Shown here: positions 12,744-25,419 of the stretch, in pieces
How the letters are laid out: each line of letters begins with the position of its first letter
Position numbering within the stretch: position 1 is the first letter of the stretch
NCBI GenBank assembly: GCA_013239625.1
Contig: MU054323.1
Span: 744,001 to 808,000 of the forward strand
Origin: Lama guanicoe
Lineage: Eukaryota
Direction of reading: 5' to 3'
Length of the DNA stretch: 64,000 nucleotides
Made by a program: the position numbers and the translations under genes
Notes under the pieces: generated by a model
What the model was told of the DNA's origin: nothing
Databases searched by the model: none
Seen by the model: the letters and a program-made list of their open reading frames with translations, nothing else

Positions 12744-13417
12744 CTGCAAGAGAGGAGAGACGGCACCGGCCGGCGTCACTTCCGTGGCGCAGCACACTCC
12801 TCTCTGACTCCACAACTGGCTACTTGAGACTCCTCCGATCCTCTCCTGAGAACCATCCCAGGCCTGCAACAACCAGGTGAATATGCTCTTAAATTCCCCC
12901 TGAATCTGTCCCAACCAGTGTGAAATCAGGGAAAATGAGAGGGCGGTAAATTCTCTTCTCTTCTGTCCTTCAGCGAGCCAGCTCATCCTGAACGTGACTC
13001 CCCCGCCCATCAATCTTGAATATTTTATAGCAGGTCTCTCTGGCTGTCTTAGATTATAGAGAGTAATGGCTTCATTATGGAGAAAAAGAATCCAGCTCAT
13101 TTCTATAGAGCAGCTCCTGGGTCTCCAGTCAGGGTAACTTTCTTTGTTAAGATCCAGGCTGCAGATGGAATTAGTGGACAAAGGTACCTAAAATTCATTG
13201 GGCTGCGGGTATCTGCGGGGTCTAACTTTTGTTCACTTACCTTGACAGGGTTGCCAATGATTCTGATAATTCAGGCCAGTTCTAGGGGCTTTCTTAACCT
13301 CTACTTCATTGTGAATTGGCCCCACAATGATGATTACTATTTCTGTTTCGGAGTAAATCTTAACTTTGATATAAGGGAAATAGTTGAAATTAACACCATC
13401 TCATCTTATATTTGAAC

Positions 13418-13453
13418 TGAGGCACTTTATGAGGCATTTTATGAGGCACTTTT
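13418..13453. repeat. 12-bp tandem repeat x3 (TGAGGCACTTTA)
   Basis: tgaggcacttta tgaggcatttta tgaggcactttt. Confidence 0.9.
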
Positions 13454-13927
13454 GATGCCTCTGGCCTTCCCAAACATGCTGCATCACAGATGGCGTGATG
13501 GGAACTTCATCAGAGGAGGAAACCGAGGCCCAGGCAGGTCAGACCACGTGTCTATGGGCACAGAACAGGCTGCAGACATCCGTGGAACAAGTGGAACCCT
13601 GACTTTCATATGCAGATTTCTCCCTATACTGACTCACTATACTAATTCATCCTCAACAACCTCAACCATTTTTTAAATCTAGCAACTAATTTATGTACAA
13701 AGAAATCGCTGCACCCAAAAGAGAGAAGAGAGAGGGAGATCTTCATTGTTATTCTTGCAACAGTCTTACCACTGCTACTCTTGGTTCTAAATCTTCTCTC
13801 AAATCTTTGCTCCAATATATCTATAATAATACCCAGTCACTCATCCCCAACCTCCACTTGATTCTTATTTACAACTGCTGCATCTTTGATCTGAGTTTTG
13901 ACTCTGCCATCTAACAAGCTATTCAAT

Positions 13928-14010
13928 ATGCATGACTGGGACACTGTCCTGTACACCAGAAACTGACACATTGTAACTGACTGTACTTCAATTTGAAAAA
14001 AAAAACACAT
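13928..14010 (+). mobile_element. Extremely truncated L1 3' end with poly(A) and TSD
   Basis: CATGACTGGGACACTGTCCTGTACACCAGAAACTGACACATTGTAACTGACTG closely matches 44001-44060. TSD TAACAAGCTAT(T/G)CAAT at 13912-13927 and 14011-14026. Confidence 0.85.
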
Positions 14011-14239
14011 TAACAAGCTATGCAATCTTCAGAAAGAAGTCAGTTCACTGATCTGGGCCTCATCTTCTTCAGCTCTGACATGGGGATAACTACACGGCTC
14101 ACGCAGAGTTCTTTATGAAATGAATTCAGTCAATAGAGAAGAAAATGTTCATGTGTGGACTCAAGTGCTAGCCTCGTCATCACATCATCCCAGAGACAGG
14201 GGAGCTCCCCATTGTGAATGCCCCTCTGATTTCACTTAC

Positions 14240-14319
14240 GGAGTTTCCAGCATGACTTTGCAAACGCTCGTCATGGTACTGAGGCAGTCCGTGGTGTTCT
14301 CTATTGGCAGGGTTTTGTT
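14240..14319 (-). CDS. CYRIA: CYRI-A coding exon 7 NKTLPIENTTDCLSTMTSVCKVMLET(P)
   Basis: gtttag|AAC AAA ACC...GAA ACT CC|gtaagt. 80 nt. The preceding intron is only 90 nt. Confidence 0.97.
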
Positions 14320-14409
14320 CTAAACAGGAGACACAGACAGGTGTTAGGCCTGTGAGCAGCTTTCACGCGCAGTTAGGAAAAAGGCCCCCCATTGTTCAGC
14401 TTAACTTAC

Positions 14410-14526
14410 TTCGGAGACAAAGTGCATGGTGGCGTTGCTGAGGGTTTTCAGCATCGGCGTGGCTTCTGCATAGAAGAGGGACATTCGATTGGCCATCTCA
14501 TTATTAACTTCATTCTCAATGTCTAG
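14410..14526 (-). CDS. CYRIA: CYRI-A coding exon 6 [39 protein letters not shown]
   Basis: catcag|CTA GAC...TCC GAA|gtaagt. 117 nt. Peptide is visible in supplied ORF 14401..14646(-). Confidence 0.98.
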
Positions 14527-14693
14527 CTGATGAAAAGAAGACAAGAAGATAAAGAGATGGTCAAGATCCCAAAATGGTGTCCTCTGGAAACTGAATTCAT
14601 CAAGGAGTCTGTCTCCTCCCTGTGCCCCTTCTGATGCAGGAATCAAGAGACACAGAGGATGGGCGTGAGGACCAAGGAGGTCCGGGGACTCAC

Positions 14694-14771
14694 ATGCATG
14701 TTGTTGATACGATTGCGACTTATGGTCCTTCTGTAGTAGCTGAAGTCATTCTGAATAGCCGGATTCCTCAT
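14694..14771 (-). CDS. CYRIA: CYRI-A coding exon 5 [26 protein letters not shown] (contains the Rac1-binding arginines R159/R160)
   Basis: tttcag|ATG AGG AAT...ATG CAT|gtgagt. 78 nt. Confidence 0.97.
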
Positions 14772-15238
14772 CTGAAATTCAGAAGGGAGGAAAGTAGGTC
14801 ATCTCTCAGCATCAGACGGGGGAGACGCATCCGGAACCCAGACACTAGATTTTGCACATACACCAGGACTCCTCTTTGTTACACAAGAGTTAAAGCAACT
14901 TCTGGTTAAAAACAAATACCCAGAGCTTCATTATTTAAAAACATGCCCTGTTTTTACCCTTGGCTAGATTTCCGGGCGGGTGCACTTGTTCCCAAAGAGG
15001 AACAGACGCTTGAAATGTTTTCTCTTGTTGCGTCTGGCAGATTTTGAATTTCCACGTACAAAGCACCACTTTGACCACAAGGAGTGCAAATCCTCACAAC
15101 ATCAGACATCTCCTTCAGGAAGGAGCCACGTCTCACTCATCTCTCCCGCCCTCACCCCACGGCACCGCAGAGCATCTGCACACAGAGGAGGCACTCCGTC
15201 CGCATCTGTTAAAACTGTCAAAGCACACGTGACCTCAC

Positions 15239-15375
15239 CTTCAGCTCATCGAACCGTAGGGTAAAATGCAGAATTTCTGCAAACTCCTTGGCCAGGGCCT
15301 GCTCCCGCTCCAGGTGCTGGGTTGGCGTGTAGGGTGGGCAGGTCAGAGATTCCAATAAACTCTGAAGGGCTTTTT
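15239..15375 (-). CDS. CYRIA: CYRI-A coding exon 4 (E)[45 protein letters not shown]
   Basis: ttgcag|AA AAA GCC...CTG AAG|gtgagg. 137 nt. Confidence 0.97.
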
Positions 15376-15988
15376 CTGCAAGTCAAAGGGATAAATGCAT
15401 ATTTGAGGTGGCCCACAGAGATCCTTCAAAAAAAACACCATTTGCGGCCTCCGTGGACATTCTGAGAGATAACCTGCTAGAGTCCTTCCTCTCCCACATC
15501 TCCCCAGCACCGGGTGCCAGTTGATGTGTGCGGATGAGGAGGAAAGGGAACCCCCGCCCCGCCACCATGCCCAAGCAGGCCGAAGACTTCTGTGGCCACA
15601 CAGTTTTGTAAACATCTCCTAAAGCTCAGCTGGAGCCTCGCACGTCCTGTAGTCCCAATTCCTAACGCGGTCAGGAAACCACAAATCGGTGTTTTGGGAT
15701 CACGTGGAGAGCCAGTCATGATCCGGGATGAGATGAGGCGGCCCTGAACGCACGGGTTAAATGACTCGCTTTGCAGGAAGAGCCTTCCCGTCCCGTCCAG
15801 CTCGGCTCTGTCCCTACACCCTCACGGAAGCCCAGGAGTACTTTTCTACAAACTCCCGCCACACCTACCCCCACTACTGTCCTGGAAACACTCTCATTAC
15901 TCCCACTTGTCTGTTTCTACACCTTTCTTCCAGTTTTTCCTCCAGTATATTTCTAACAGCTCCGGGTCATTTCATCAGTCCTCTAGAG

Positions 15989-16217
15989 CAGCCGTAGGCA
16001 AACCAGGGCCCACGGGCCAAATCTGGCCCACAGCCAATTTTTGCAAATAAAGTTTTATTAAAACAGAGCTATGCTTTATTGTCATTCCCTCAGGAACGGA
16101 CTGTGGCTACTTTTGTGTTGTAATGACAGAGTTGAGCGGCTGCAACAAAGACAGGAAGGCCCGTAAGCCTAAAATATTTATTATCTGGCTCTTCACAGAA
16201 AAGTTTGCCAGCACCTG
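15989..16217. mobile_element. MER58A-like hAT-Charlie MITE
   Basis: Terminal inverted repeats CAGCCGTAGGCAAAC / GTTTGCCAGCACCTG. Internal GGGCCAAATCTGGCCC, AAATAAAGTTTTATT and AAGCCTAAAATATTT. Left flank CTCTAGAG resembles a hAT target. 229 bp. Confidence 0.85.
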
Positions 16218-17215
16218 ATCTATTGTCCCTAAATTCTCTTACAGTTTCTTTATAAAGGGCATCACTAGCCTCTTCTATCGATGGGAACACACTGTCTTCT
16301 GAAGCAGCTAGTTTGACCTTGGCCCGCTCTGACCGCTGGATCTTTTTCTGTCTGCTGAGCTGGAAATTGCTTCCTTAGGATTTCAGTTCCTTGGGTCTAG
16401 GCACACACTTTGAGAAGACAGAGAAGTTGATGCTTCTTCAACCTGAGAGTCTTCAGAAGCCCTTTCTTCTTTAAACACTGGTTCAAGTTCATTCAACTGC
16501 TCCCTCTGAGTCTCAGCTCCACCTTCTCTCAAGATCATGGCTATTATTCCGCCAAAGTATTTCAGCTTTTCTGTTTAACTCTTCAAATGTGGCATTCAGG
16601 TGTGGCAAAAGCTGAGTAAAGCATGACCACCCCCTTCCTCATTCTAGGTATATTACATTGATAAGGGAACCTCGCGTGGCTTTGCTGTCAGGGGAGTGGT
16701 TATATCATACGGATGGTCACACTTGAGCCCACTGCCAGTCAGACTTGATTTTAGTTTTGCTTCTGCAAAGCCATCCTCTACTGATAGATATTTTTTAAGT
16801 TTAAGAACAGGTTATGTTTGGTTTTTATTGTATTTTACTCTATCAATTTTTATGCATGCTTTGAGACAATCAAGTTCTTTTTGGGTTAGCAGATAACCTG
16901 CATTTTCCAACTTTTCTGCCCTTCAGAAATGTGATCAGACACAGGAGAACTGTTAAGAGTCAGACTTAGCTGAGAACAAAACCACAGGGATGTCCCTTGG
17001 CAGAGACATTAAATGTGTCAATAAACGCCGAGGGAGAAACTCTGAGGTGGATTGAAAGAAATGGTCGTGGCGGGTGCTGTACACGAATGGCTTCTGAGAA
17101 CACACAGCGATGGATGTGGGACAGTTTCCAACACGCTGAGTTTTTCCTGTTACTTTCTCAAAAGCCACAAGAGAGCTTCATACATGGGACATGAAAACCA
17201 TAAAAACGTACTCAC

Positions 17216-17321
17216 CTAGCCTTATGGAAAACTCATAAAATCTCTTTAGTCTCACGACCAAAGGACACACTGCATTCCAAGCTTTTTCTTGAAGCTGAAT
17301 GTCGTTGGGATTTTGAATGGC
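17216..17321 (-). CDS. CYRIA: CYRI-A coding exon 3 [35 protein letters not shown]
   Basis: ctgcag|GCC ATT CAA...AGG CTA G|gtgagt. 106 nt. Confidence 0.97.
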
Positions 17322-17903
17322 CTGCAGAAACATGACAGAGTTGTCTGTTTTTAATAAGGAACAGGGTCCACATCAAAATGACTTCAGATTGAGAGAGAAT
17401 TCTAGCTAAAAAAATGTACTTCCCGACGTTCGCTGACAACGTGCACTTCTTAAATTGACATCAGTTCATCGGAGTGTCCTCCGAGATGCTCAATTAAACC
17501 GGTGATTTTAGCACTTGAGCATAATGCAAATGGCTCTGCGATTAGATACCGTGTCATCTTACTTGTTTCTCTTATCTTCAATGCAAAATAAAAATGCACG
17601 TCTAATTGGAAGCAATTCAGTCTTCCTCCACCCCCATTTAAGTCTTCTGCAGGAGAGCTCGTGCTCATTATCAAGTGCAGATTCTTCCTTTCTCTATAAT
17701 GTGCATGATATTCTGCCGGTCTGTGCTAGGACCTAAATTACCTGAATTAAATGGTGACCCCTAAGTAGAAAACCAGCCTCTAATAGGCTGTTAACTTTCT
17801 TAGAAGTGCTGTTTTGTCTGGGTTTCAGCACTTTGAAGATTATGATACTAGTGGTGTTTTATTTTTTTTTATTCCTCAGAGAATGGTGGGCGTGGCATGA
17901 GGA

Positions 17904-17910
17904 TGTGTGT

Positions 17911-17948
<38 letters not shown>
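17904..17948. repeat. (TG)n microsatellite, one interruption
   Basis: Direct reading. Confidence 0.95.
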
Positions 17949-17951
<3 letters not shown>

Positions 17952-18577
17952 CTGATACGTCCATAAAATTAATTATTTCAAACGAGTGTGAAGTTTCTTG
18001 CCTTTAAGGCATCATGAAGTCTCAAAAGCCACACCGACAATTTTCTCTTTTTGTTTTAGTTGCTTTTGCGTGTGTGCATTTATTTTTTTTTAATCTCATA
18101 TGTCATTTCAAGATGACAGACCTGCAGGCTACTTAAAGTGAGGTCGGTTAAGGCTCTTGTTGGTGATACTGGTGGAACCTGCCCAAATTATTATAAAATA
18201 TTGAAAAGTCCATGTAAGCCCAGACCTCAGGACTCATATTTCAACTGTTGTTCAGAGATTTTTATATGTATATTTCCCTTATATGAAATGTAACATATGG
18301 ACAAATTATGGTTTAAATGTGAGTCCTGCAACATCGAATTTATGTCAGAGAAGAGAATGGCTAACACTTTACACAGTTTACAGCACTGTGTGCTCAGACT
18401 GATGCAGTAGAATAAAAGGGACCATTCATACATCTTTTAAGGACACATTACCCTCCTTGTTCTTCCTCGTACGCTAGGAAATACTAAGGCTACCACTTGA
18501 TTTTGCTGTGTGTGTACATGCGTGGGCTTCCCTTCTCCACCAGGGGTGTTATCAGCTCAGTTTTATTATTGGCATAC

Positions 18578-18699
18578 GTCTCGGATCTCTGGTCCCGCTC
18601 CCTTGTAAGCCTGCAGGTCTGCGAGGATGCTCTCGGAATCCTGGAGGACAGCGCTGATCTGGTTCCATATTTCCCTCTCTCCTTCTGTGGGCTGGGCAT
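18578..18699 (-). CDS. CYRIA: CYRI-A coding exon 2 (N)[40 protein letters not shown]
   Basis: gtttag|AT GCC CAG...CGA GAC|gtatgc. 122 nt, phase 1 to 0, consistent with neighbours. Confidence 0.97.
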
Positions 18700-19835
18700 C
18701 TAAACAGATGGGAAACCAAAAGACACAGAGGGCTCGTGTTTATCAACAGCCTGGGAAGAAGTGAAGCGCCCAGCTCAACCTGCTGGAGAATTCTGCGTTA
18801 CTCCTACAGGTTTGGTATTTACCCTTTAACGTAATAAGGTGCAAAAGAAGGGAAAAATCAATATTTACTTCCAGCACAGCGTGTTGGAATCACTGGTGGC
18901 ACTCTTTTATTTATTTGTGCAGGACACTTTTTTTGTACATCTACAACATGCCAAGTGGTACCCTGGGTGATGGAAAGAGAGAACATTATCTTTTGGGGTC
19001 CGCTTTTAAGAGAAACTATTGAATATTTCTGTTACAATTGAAAATCTGTGAATCTGAGTACAGATGAAAAGATAGCCCCCCTTCTATTTCCATATTAAAA
19101 AGGCTTAAAATATCAGGTAATCCTTCAGAGCCACGGCAGAGATGTCTGTTTCTAGAACACAATGATTATGTAGAAAGCTTTGGGATTTCTCTTTGAACAT
19201 GAGCTCAAGAAGTACAAGGAGTTCATTTTAAGGACATCTGTACTGTGCATCCTTGGTCTGAACCATAAATGCTATCTACAAAAAATAAGTAACACATTCA
19301 AGCTTAAATAATGAAGAACATTCTAACAGCCACAGAGACATCCCCATTGCTCCTCAGCACATTCTACTTGATTCTGTATCTGGAGCCAATGTGTGTTCTT
19401 GTCTGCAGGAGTATTTTGTGGGCGCTGGTGGGTGCAAGTTGAAAGGTGGTAAAGATTGGGTTTTGTTTATCTCACAATACCTATCAAATAAATAGGTTTC
19501 CTGCCTGTAGTAAGAAAATTAATCTCCATCTAAAACAAAGGCACTAGAGAAAGGCGAGAGATGCCATCTCTTAAAAATCTGTTTTCAAAAACCCAAGTCC
19601 TAAGGCGCTGAATTCTCTCAGCAGACCTCATTACCAAGCGGCAGGATGGAGTTACACCTGGTGTAACACTCCCCAGATCAAACCCCAGTTTTGACTCATC
19701 TTGGTGGGGACTGGACAATACAGCATTCACCAAACAGGTGCCATCTAAGCGAGACATAGGCCATGCCGACTGGGTCTTCAGAAAGGCTGAATATCAGAGC
19801 AGGGGTCGGGCTGGTTGCAGGTGCTCCTGCTTCAG

Positions 19836-19849
19836 CCGCCATCTGCTGG
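19836..19849 (-). promoter_or_regulatory. CTCF core motif match CCAGCAGATGGCGG
   Basis: 14/14 match to the degenerate consensus CCASYAGRKGGCRS. Confidence 0.5.
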
Positions 19850-20955
19850 ACCTACCCTAATGCAAGGCCAGACCCTTGAGAAGTGATGCCCCTGGAGATT
19901 TTCAGACCGTTTCACTTTCCAGGTCCCACTAAGACCTAAGAAATTGGTAGAGGTGCTTGGGAAATGAAGGGTAAAATTCATCAGTGTGTGCTCATTCTCT
20001 TTAGAAGAAAAGAAATCATAGGCCCTCAGAGATTATTCAGAAACTCTGCAGACTGTTTCTTTTGGGAATGAGATGGATTTCAACGAGTGGCTGAGGAGGG
20101 ACTAATGTACATGTGCACCGGGGTGGGAGAAGGGAAAGATGAGTGTGGTCTCGGAGAAGTGGAAACTGCTTTATGTCAGGGCTGGGACTTGAGAGCTGGC
20201 CGGCGGGAGGGCGGAAGGGAGCGCAGCCAGGAGGAGCGTGGGGAAGGCCAGGCAGCTGGGGAGAGCACGGCTGGGCCTGGACGAGGAAAGAGACCCGCCA
20301 GGTGAGAACAGAGATCTAGCCTGAGAAGCAGAAGGAGAAAAAGAAAAAAGTGTTCCTCCTTTATCCTCTGCTACCCTGCCCCTGTTTCCCCCAAACTTGG
20401 TAAGTTTTCTCAGGTACAATGTGAGTCACAATATACTTTATATGTCATCTTTTCCCGCTGTCCCTGACTTTTCTCAAAGCAAGATGGCGTCTTACACATA
20501 CACCTAAAACCCACACGCCAGGAAGCCTGCAACTGAGGAAAGGATTTCCATGGAACAGAATTTTAGGGTAACACTGGCAACTTCCAAGGAAGAAGAAAGT
20601 CAGGCAAGAGGCCTTGTGACAAACATGCAAAGGTCCTAGAAAGCAAATTAAAAAAATCAAACACTCTTGACTCAAATCCTTTCCGCTTTGGACAAATGTA
20701 TCAAAAACTCTCAGACTGAACATGAGGACAGTTTCCTAGAGAGAGACATATTTGAGGAGAAGGAAGAGAAAAACAGATTGTGTGACCGAGATTCTGAGGG
20801 ATAAGTCCATTTGAGTGTAATTACAGAGCGGTATGCAAAGAAGGCACTTGGAGATCAGAAAACAAGCCTCCTCGTCTTGGCTGTCTCGAGGCTCCAGCTT
20901 AGCAAGTCATCAGTTGGGTAAGTTTTCCACCAAACAGAATTAAAGCTAGGAGGTC

Positions 20956-21170
20956 CTAGACTGGGATTTCAAAATTGTAGAACAGATAAACAAGATTATA
21001 CTGTGCAGCACAGGGAAATATATACAAGATCTTGTGGTAGCTCACGGAGAAAAAATGTGACAATGAATATATGTATGTTCATGTATAACTGAAAAATTGT
21101 GCTCTACTCTGGAATTTGATAAAACATTGTAAAATGATTATAAATCAATAAAAAATGTTAAAAAAAAAAA
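20956..21170 (+). mobile_element. L1 3' end fragment (camelid-type) with AATAAA and poly(A)
   Basis: GATAAACAAGATTATACTGTGCAGCACAGGGAAATATATACAAGATCTTG...AATAAAAAATGTT(A)n. Related to 43900-44065. Degenerate TSD AAAGCTA(GG/AG)(A/C)GGTC at 20942-20955 and 21169-21182. Confidence 0.8.
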
Positions 21171-22928
21171 AGCTAAGCGGTCTAGAAGAAGCGTGCTGAA
21201 AAAAAAACACACAAAAGATTATTTTGACGATTACTTAAACACAAAAGGAAAAAGAATTCAAACTCAATCTTTGAAAATAGAGGCCTTTCTTAAGTGCGTC
21301 AAATGTAAGACAGTTTCCGGTGGGGTGGCCTAAAGGTGGTGCTGGCCACAGACAGGCAAGTTTCTCTCCCCATCCTGGGCAAAGTGACACTCCTGAATGT
21401 AAATCCACCCCGACGTCCGTGTGACCACAAAGGGCTGGATGAGTAACGCGGAGGGTGAGATCACTTCTCTCTCAGAGGTGGCAGCACGAGTCCCTTCTGT
21501 CCTGCAGTAACTCTCTCCTGCCAGCCAGCGTGATCTGCGACCCAGGACCCTCAGTCCCACCCTCCGTCCCTGGGAAAACGTTTCTTTTGGCAGATATCCT
21601 AGTGTCCTACTGGAAATGTTTCTCATGTGGCCCCATTTGGCAGGGGCGGGGTTGGGGGCGGTGGGAGAAATCCAAGCCAGCTTTCCTTCTTTCATTCGGA
21701 CTTAGAAATGTGTTGGCTCATTTTCTTCCATAATTTGTTAGGCTTATTGCCCACCCTTGTGTTTTCCTCCTTCCTCTGTCATGGAACTGAAGTCATCTTT
21801 CCTTCCAGCTAATAATTACGCCCTGGTGCCGGCAGCACAGGCCCTGCCTTCTGGGCCAGGCAGTGTCAGACTCCCAGAGGACTCAACACATGAGCAGCAT
21901 CAACTTCCAAGGTGGAGCGTGGCAACCAACAGAATCTCTGGCCTGTCTGTGCCTTTTTTCAAATGGGAAAAGGACTGTGTAACCCCAAGGGACGCTGGTA
22001 TTGGCTCATATCCCTAAGTTCATGATTCATCCCACTTTGATCCCCCAGCTAAATCATCAGACAGTTAGGGCTAATTAATGAGAATCTGGTCCATTGACTC
22101 ATCTGTTTCATGTGCCATTAAATCTCTAGGACCTAGGCTGGCACGTAGTAGATGCCAGTAGAAAAATGTGCTGCACAGTTGAAACAAATATTTTAAATAT
22201 ACTTCTCATGTTGTTCTGTGGTGGTTTTTCTGCTTGTCTTTGAATTCTGAGATCTCTGCAGACAGGGTCTGTGTTCTTGTCCTCAGGGGTCCCGTATCCC
22301 TTACCAATCGGAGACACTTACGAGTCACGACTCAATAAACGAGGAAACTGACCAGGTGGCGGAGACCGTGGGTGTTGGAAGATCCTATTACTTCTAGGTC
22401 CGCTCCCCTGTCTCTTCTCCCCGAATGGCTTTTATACAGTTACATGTCTCACCGTTACCATGAAGATAACACACGTCTACCTGCAGCCAGATTGGCTATT
22501 CGCACTTCCATTAGCGCTTGTGTTTTTAAATTGTCCATCATTTATCTACGCCCTCCGTGTCCCCTCGGTGTGGTTAGCACGCTGCTAGAATACTTGATGA
22601 GTGAGAAACTGCATTTGATGTTTGCTGTCCCAATTCTAAGGCTGTTATGATTTTGCTTTCTGGGAACAGTCCCTTGAGAGACTTTGGGGTCTACACTTTT
22701 GGCGTTCTCCAAATTCAGACTCAGCTGGCCACCAAGGCTTGAAATGTACTGTGTCTTCAGATGTCAAGAAGAGACATCTTGCAAAAAGACCTTGAAGAAT
22801 TAGTGATTGAGAAGGTGACTATAGTTAACCTATCGGCACCCTCCTGGAGCATTTGCTGAGAGGACACGAACTCTGAATTACGGGTTTTATTTTCCTATTT
22901 TTAACACAAAGACATTTCGTCAAAGGTA

Positions 22929-22950
22929 CACACACACACACACACACACA
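22929..22950. repeat. (CA)n microsatellite
   Basis: Direct reading. Confidence 0.9.
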
Positions 22951-25419
22951 GAAAGGCACGCTGATAATATTAATGATGGAGATGGGTCTTTATTTCCAGT
23001 TGCAGCCCGTGAATTCATTGGTGAGGTTTCTTCTAAGATTCACATTCTAAATTTCTAATCATCACCAGTTATTTCATCGAAATTGAGGAGAGTGGTTACA
23101 GAAAGGTGGGCTGCTCCTGTCTCACAATGTTAAGCCCCCCTGTGATTTACACAGGCAATTTCAGAAACCAACACTTCCCAGAGGCCTGAGCAAGCCTATC
23201 CAGGCCTTTCCCCGGGTGATGATTTAAACCCCTATTCTGGACTTGCTATTGTGGAAAGTATGAAAATGTATCATGTGCACCGTGACCTTGAGCACATATA
23301 TTTATTGTCAAGAACTTGCTGAATTCCAAGTGCTTAGAATTTTTAATGGAAAAATACCATCTTATCAATTAAGAGAGTTAAACAGTATTCATTTGGTTTA
23401 CAGGGGGTCTGTTTATCCTCCTTTGGCTCAATTTGCTGGTGACGGTGGATACGAACTGTCAGCATTTTGGAGCACCGAGGTCAGGTGGAGGTTTCCCGGT
23501 GGAGGACTAGGATATTTACTGAAAGCAGAATGCTTGGCATTCCACTGCGGGGATGGGGAGGAAGGTGGCCGCGGGCTTTGTTTGTTAGGAAGGAACATCT
23601 CTGATGAACAGACCCCAGGGCTGTCAAATCAAAGCATCCTTATCTCTGTAAATCAGCCAAGGACACACTCCGTCTTCACAAGCACCAGGAACACACCTAC
23701 CTTCCCATAACAACCTATTCAGGACCATGTGGAAAAGCCGACAGAGAATCAAACAAATTAACTGAAGATAATGTGAGTAGAAGACACAATTTATTTGGAG
23801 ATGTCTTTGGCTTTGAAGGAAGCCCTGGCATTTCATCAATATCCCTGTCTCCGCATCCCACTGGCCGCCGTACAAACACTGGAGAAAAGCTCCAGCAGGA
23901 AGGACTCGCCAAAGCCATAAATTAAACCCATAGCTTTCTTTTTCCCCCACCCACTTCCTCACTTCTCTACCCTCTCCCCTTCAGGATAAACTGAGAAACA
24001 TAAATAACTATCTACTATTAACAATTGGGGATGTAAAGTGATAATGATTTATAACAGAATACTCTCTGCCTACAGAAACAACATAAAATTGCAAAGGCCC
24101 ATTGGAAAGTGTAAGTGTGACTGGGCTGACATATTTATTTGTACAGGAACATTAGTCCTCCTATGCCAGACCCCTTTCCCAGTGGAACAATCAGACGAGG
24201 AATGGCAAAGAGCAGGGAGTGCCGAGATACTTCGAGCCTCGTTTATTTCACTCACGGGCAGTGGGACCCCTGTGATGTCACGGGGGAAAGGGGGACTCCA
24301 AGGATGCAGTTTTGGAGACGCAGGTTCTATGACCAGTTTTATCACTTACTGAATATGAGACCTCAAGGCAAGCCAATTAATCTCTCTGGGCCTCATACTA
24401 ATTCTTAGTAAAGGGAGGGAAGCTAATAAGAGCACTGTCTCCTCCCTGTTATGGTCCTGCGGGGTCTACAGTCTGTAATGAGGACGTTGACAGATGAAAA
24501 GCACTTGAAAAGCAAAAGTGCTAGCAGTTTAAAGAATCTTGGTGAATGGATCCTTGCATTGGTGTAAACAAATTGCTTCCCAGGTCTGCTTGGTTCCTTT
24601 GTTTTTGTTTGTTTTTTGTTTCATTTGTAAAGTGACCAAAAACATCCCATATTTTTCCTTTCTCCTCCCAAGATTATCTAGCCCTCTGTGAACTACCCTA
24701 GCAGATGCGACGGTACCAGAGAAGGAGAGATAAAAGAGGAGATCACTAGCAGCAAGAAGTAGCCTGGGTCCATAAAGAAATCCCAGATCGCCTAATCTGA
24801 TAGCAGCCCCTCTTTGTTTTAAGGAGTAGGAGACTGTGGTCTTAACAGGTCAAAATACTCAGAGCCTTTCTGAGAGGACAATGGTTTGAAGGCTTTAGAA
24901 TTTCCCTCTTAACACCTCCCCCTTCCTTTCCCATCAATCGCCACGATTACTTTTGGCATTCCTATTACGCCCATAAGGGTGGGTTTTTCTTATAAGAAAA
25001 TCTTTTTTTTTTTCAGTTGCTATGTTCTAAGACACATGTCTTCAGCCCAGCCTAGAACTTGTACTTCTTTTGGCTAGCCTAACACTTGCTCTCTGTTCTA
25101 ATATTACAGACTTCTTCTCTGCTACCTGTACTATTGTCTCTTCAAAGTGTTTGCATCTGATCTTCCCAATCAAGTTACTCCTTGAAAAAGAGGTCATCTT
25201 CTTCTGATGTTCCTGTATTTATGTGCCCTATATCATCCCTCCATGCTTCCCTGCCCCACCAAGACCCCACCTCTACTTCTGCTATTCCTGCCTGATGCCA
25301 GGATGCAGGAGACGCTCTGCAGATAGTTACTGAATTAGCATCAATAAAGAGATCGAAGTTCCTAAGCTTATATATTTCATGCCCAGGTCTCTGCCAGAAA
25401 CTGAGTGAGACACACATAA

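Noticed and set aside
12774..12784. ETS-CRE-like composite CGGAAGTGACG (minus strand)
   Set aside because: It sits ~33 nt upstream of the exon 8 acceptor, where GTGAC is more simply the branch-point motif. No promoter context.
12573..13181. 202-aa ORF on the minus strand (longest in the track)
   Set aside because: Overlaps CYRIA coding exon 8 in a different frame and runs through GC-rich intron. It has a non-ATG start and no recognisable domain.
13235..13285. Perfect donor AAG|GTAAGT on the sense strand in the intron after coding exon 7 (possible poison exon)
   Set aside because: The nearest upstream AGs lack a polypyrimidine tract, so no credible exon can be defined.
19651..19667. Palindrome GTTACACC-T-GGTGTAAC
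   Set aside because: An 8-bp arm inverted repeat is expected roughly once by chance in a window this size, and there is no supporting context.
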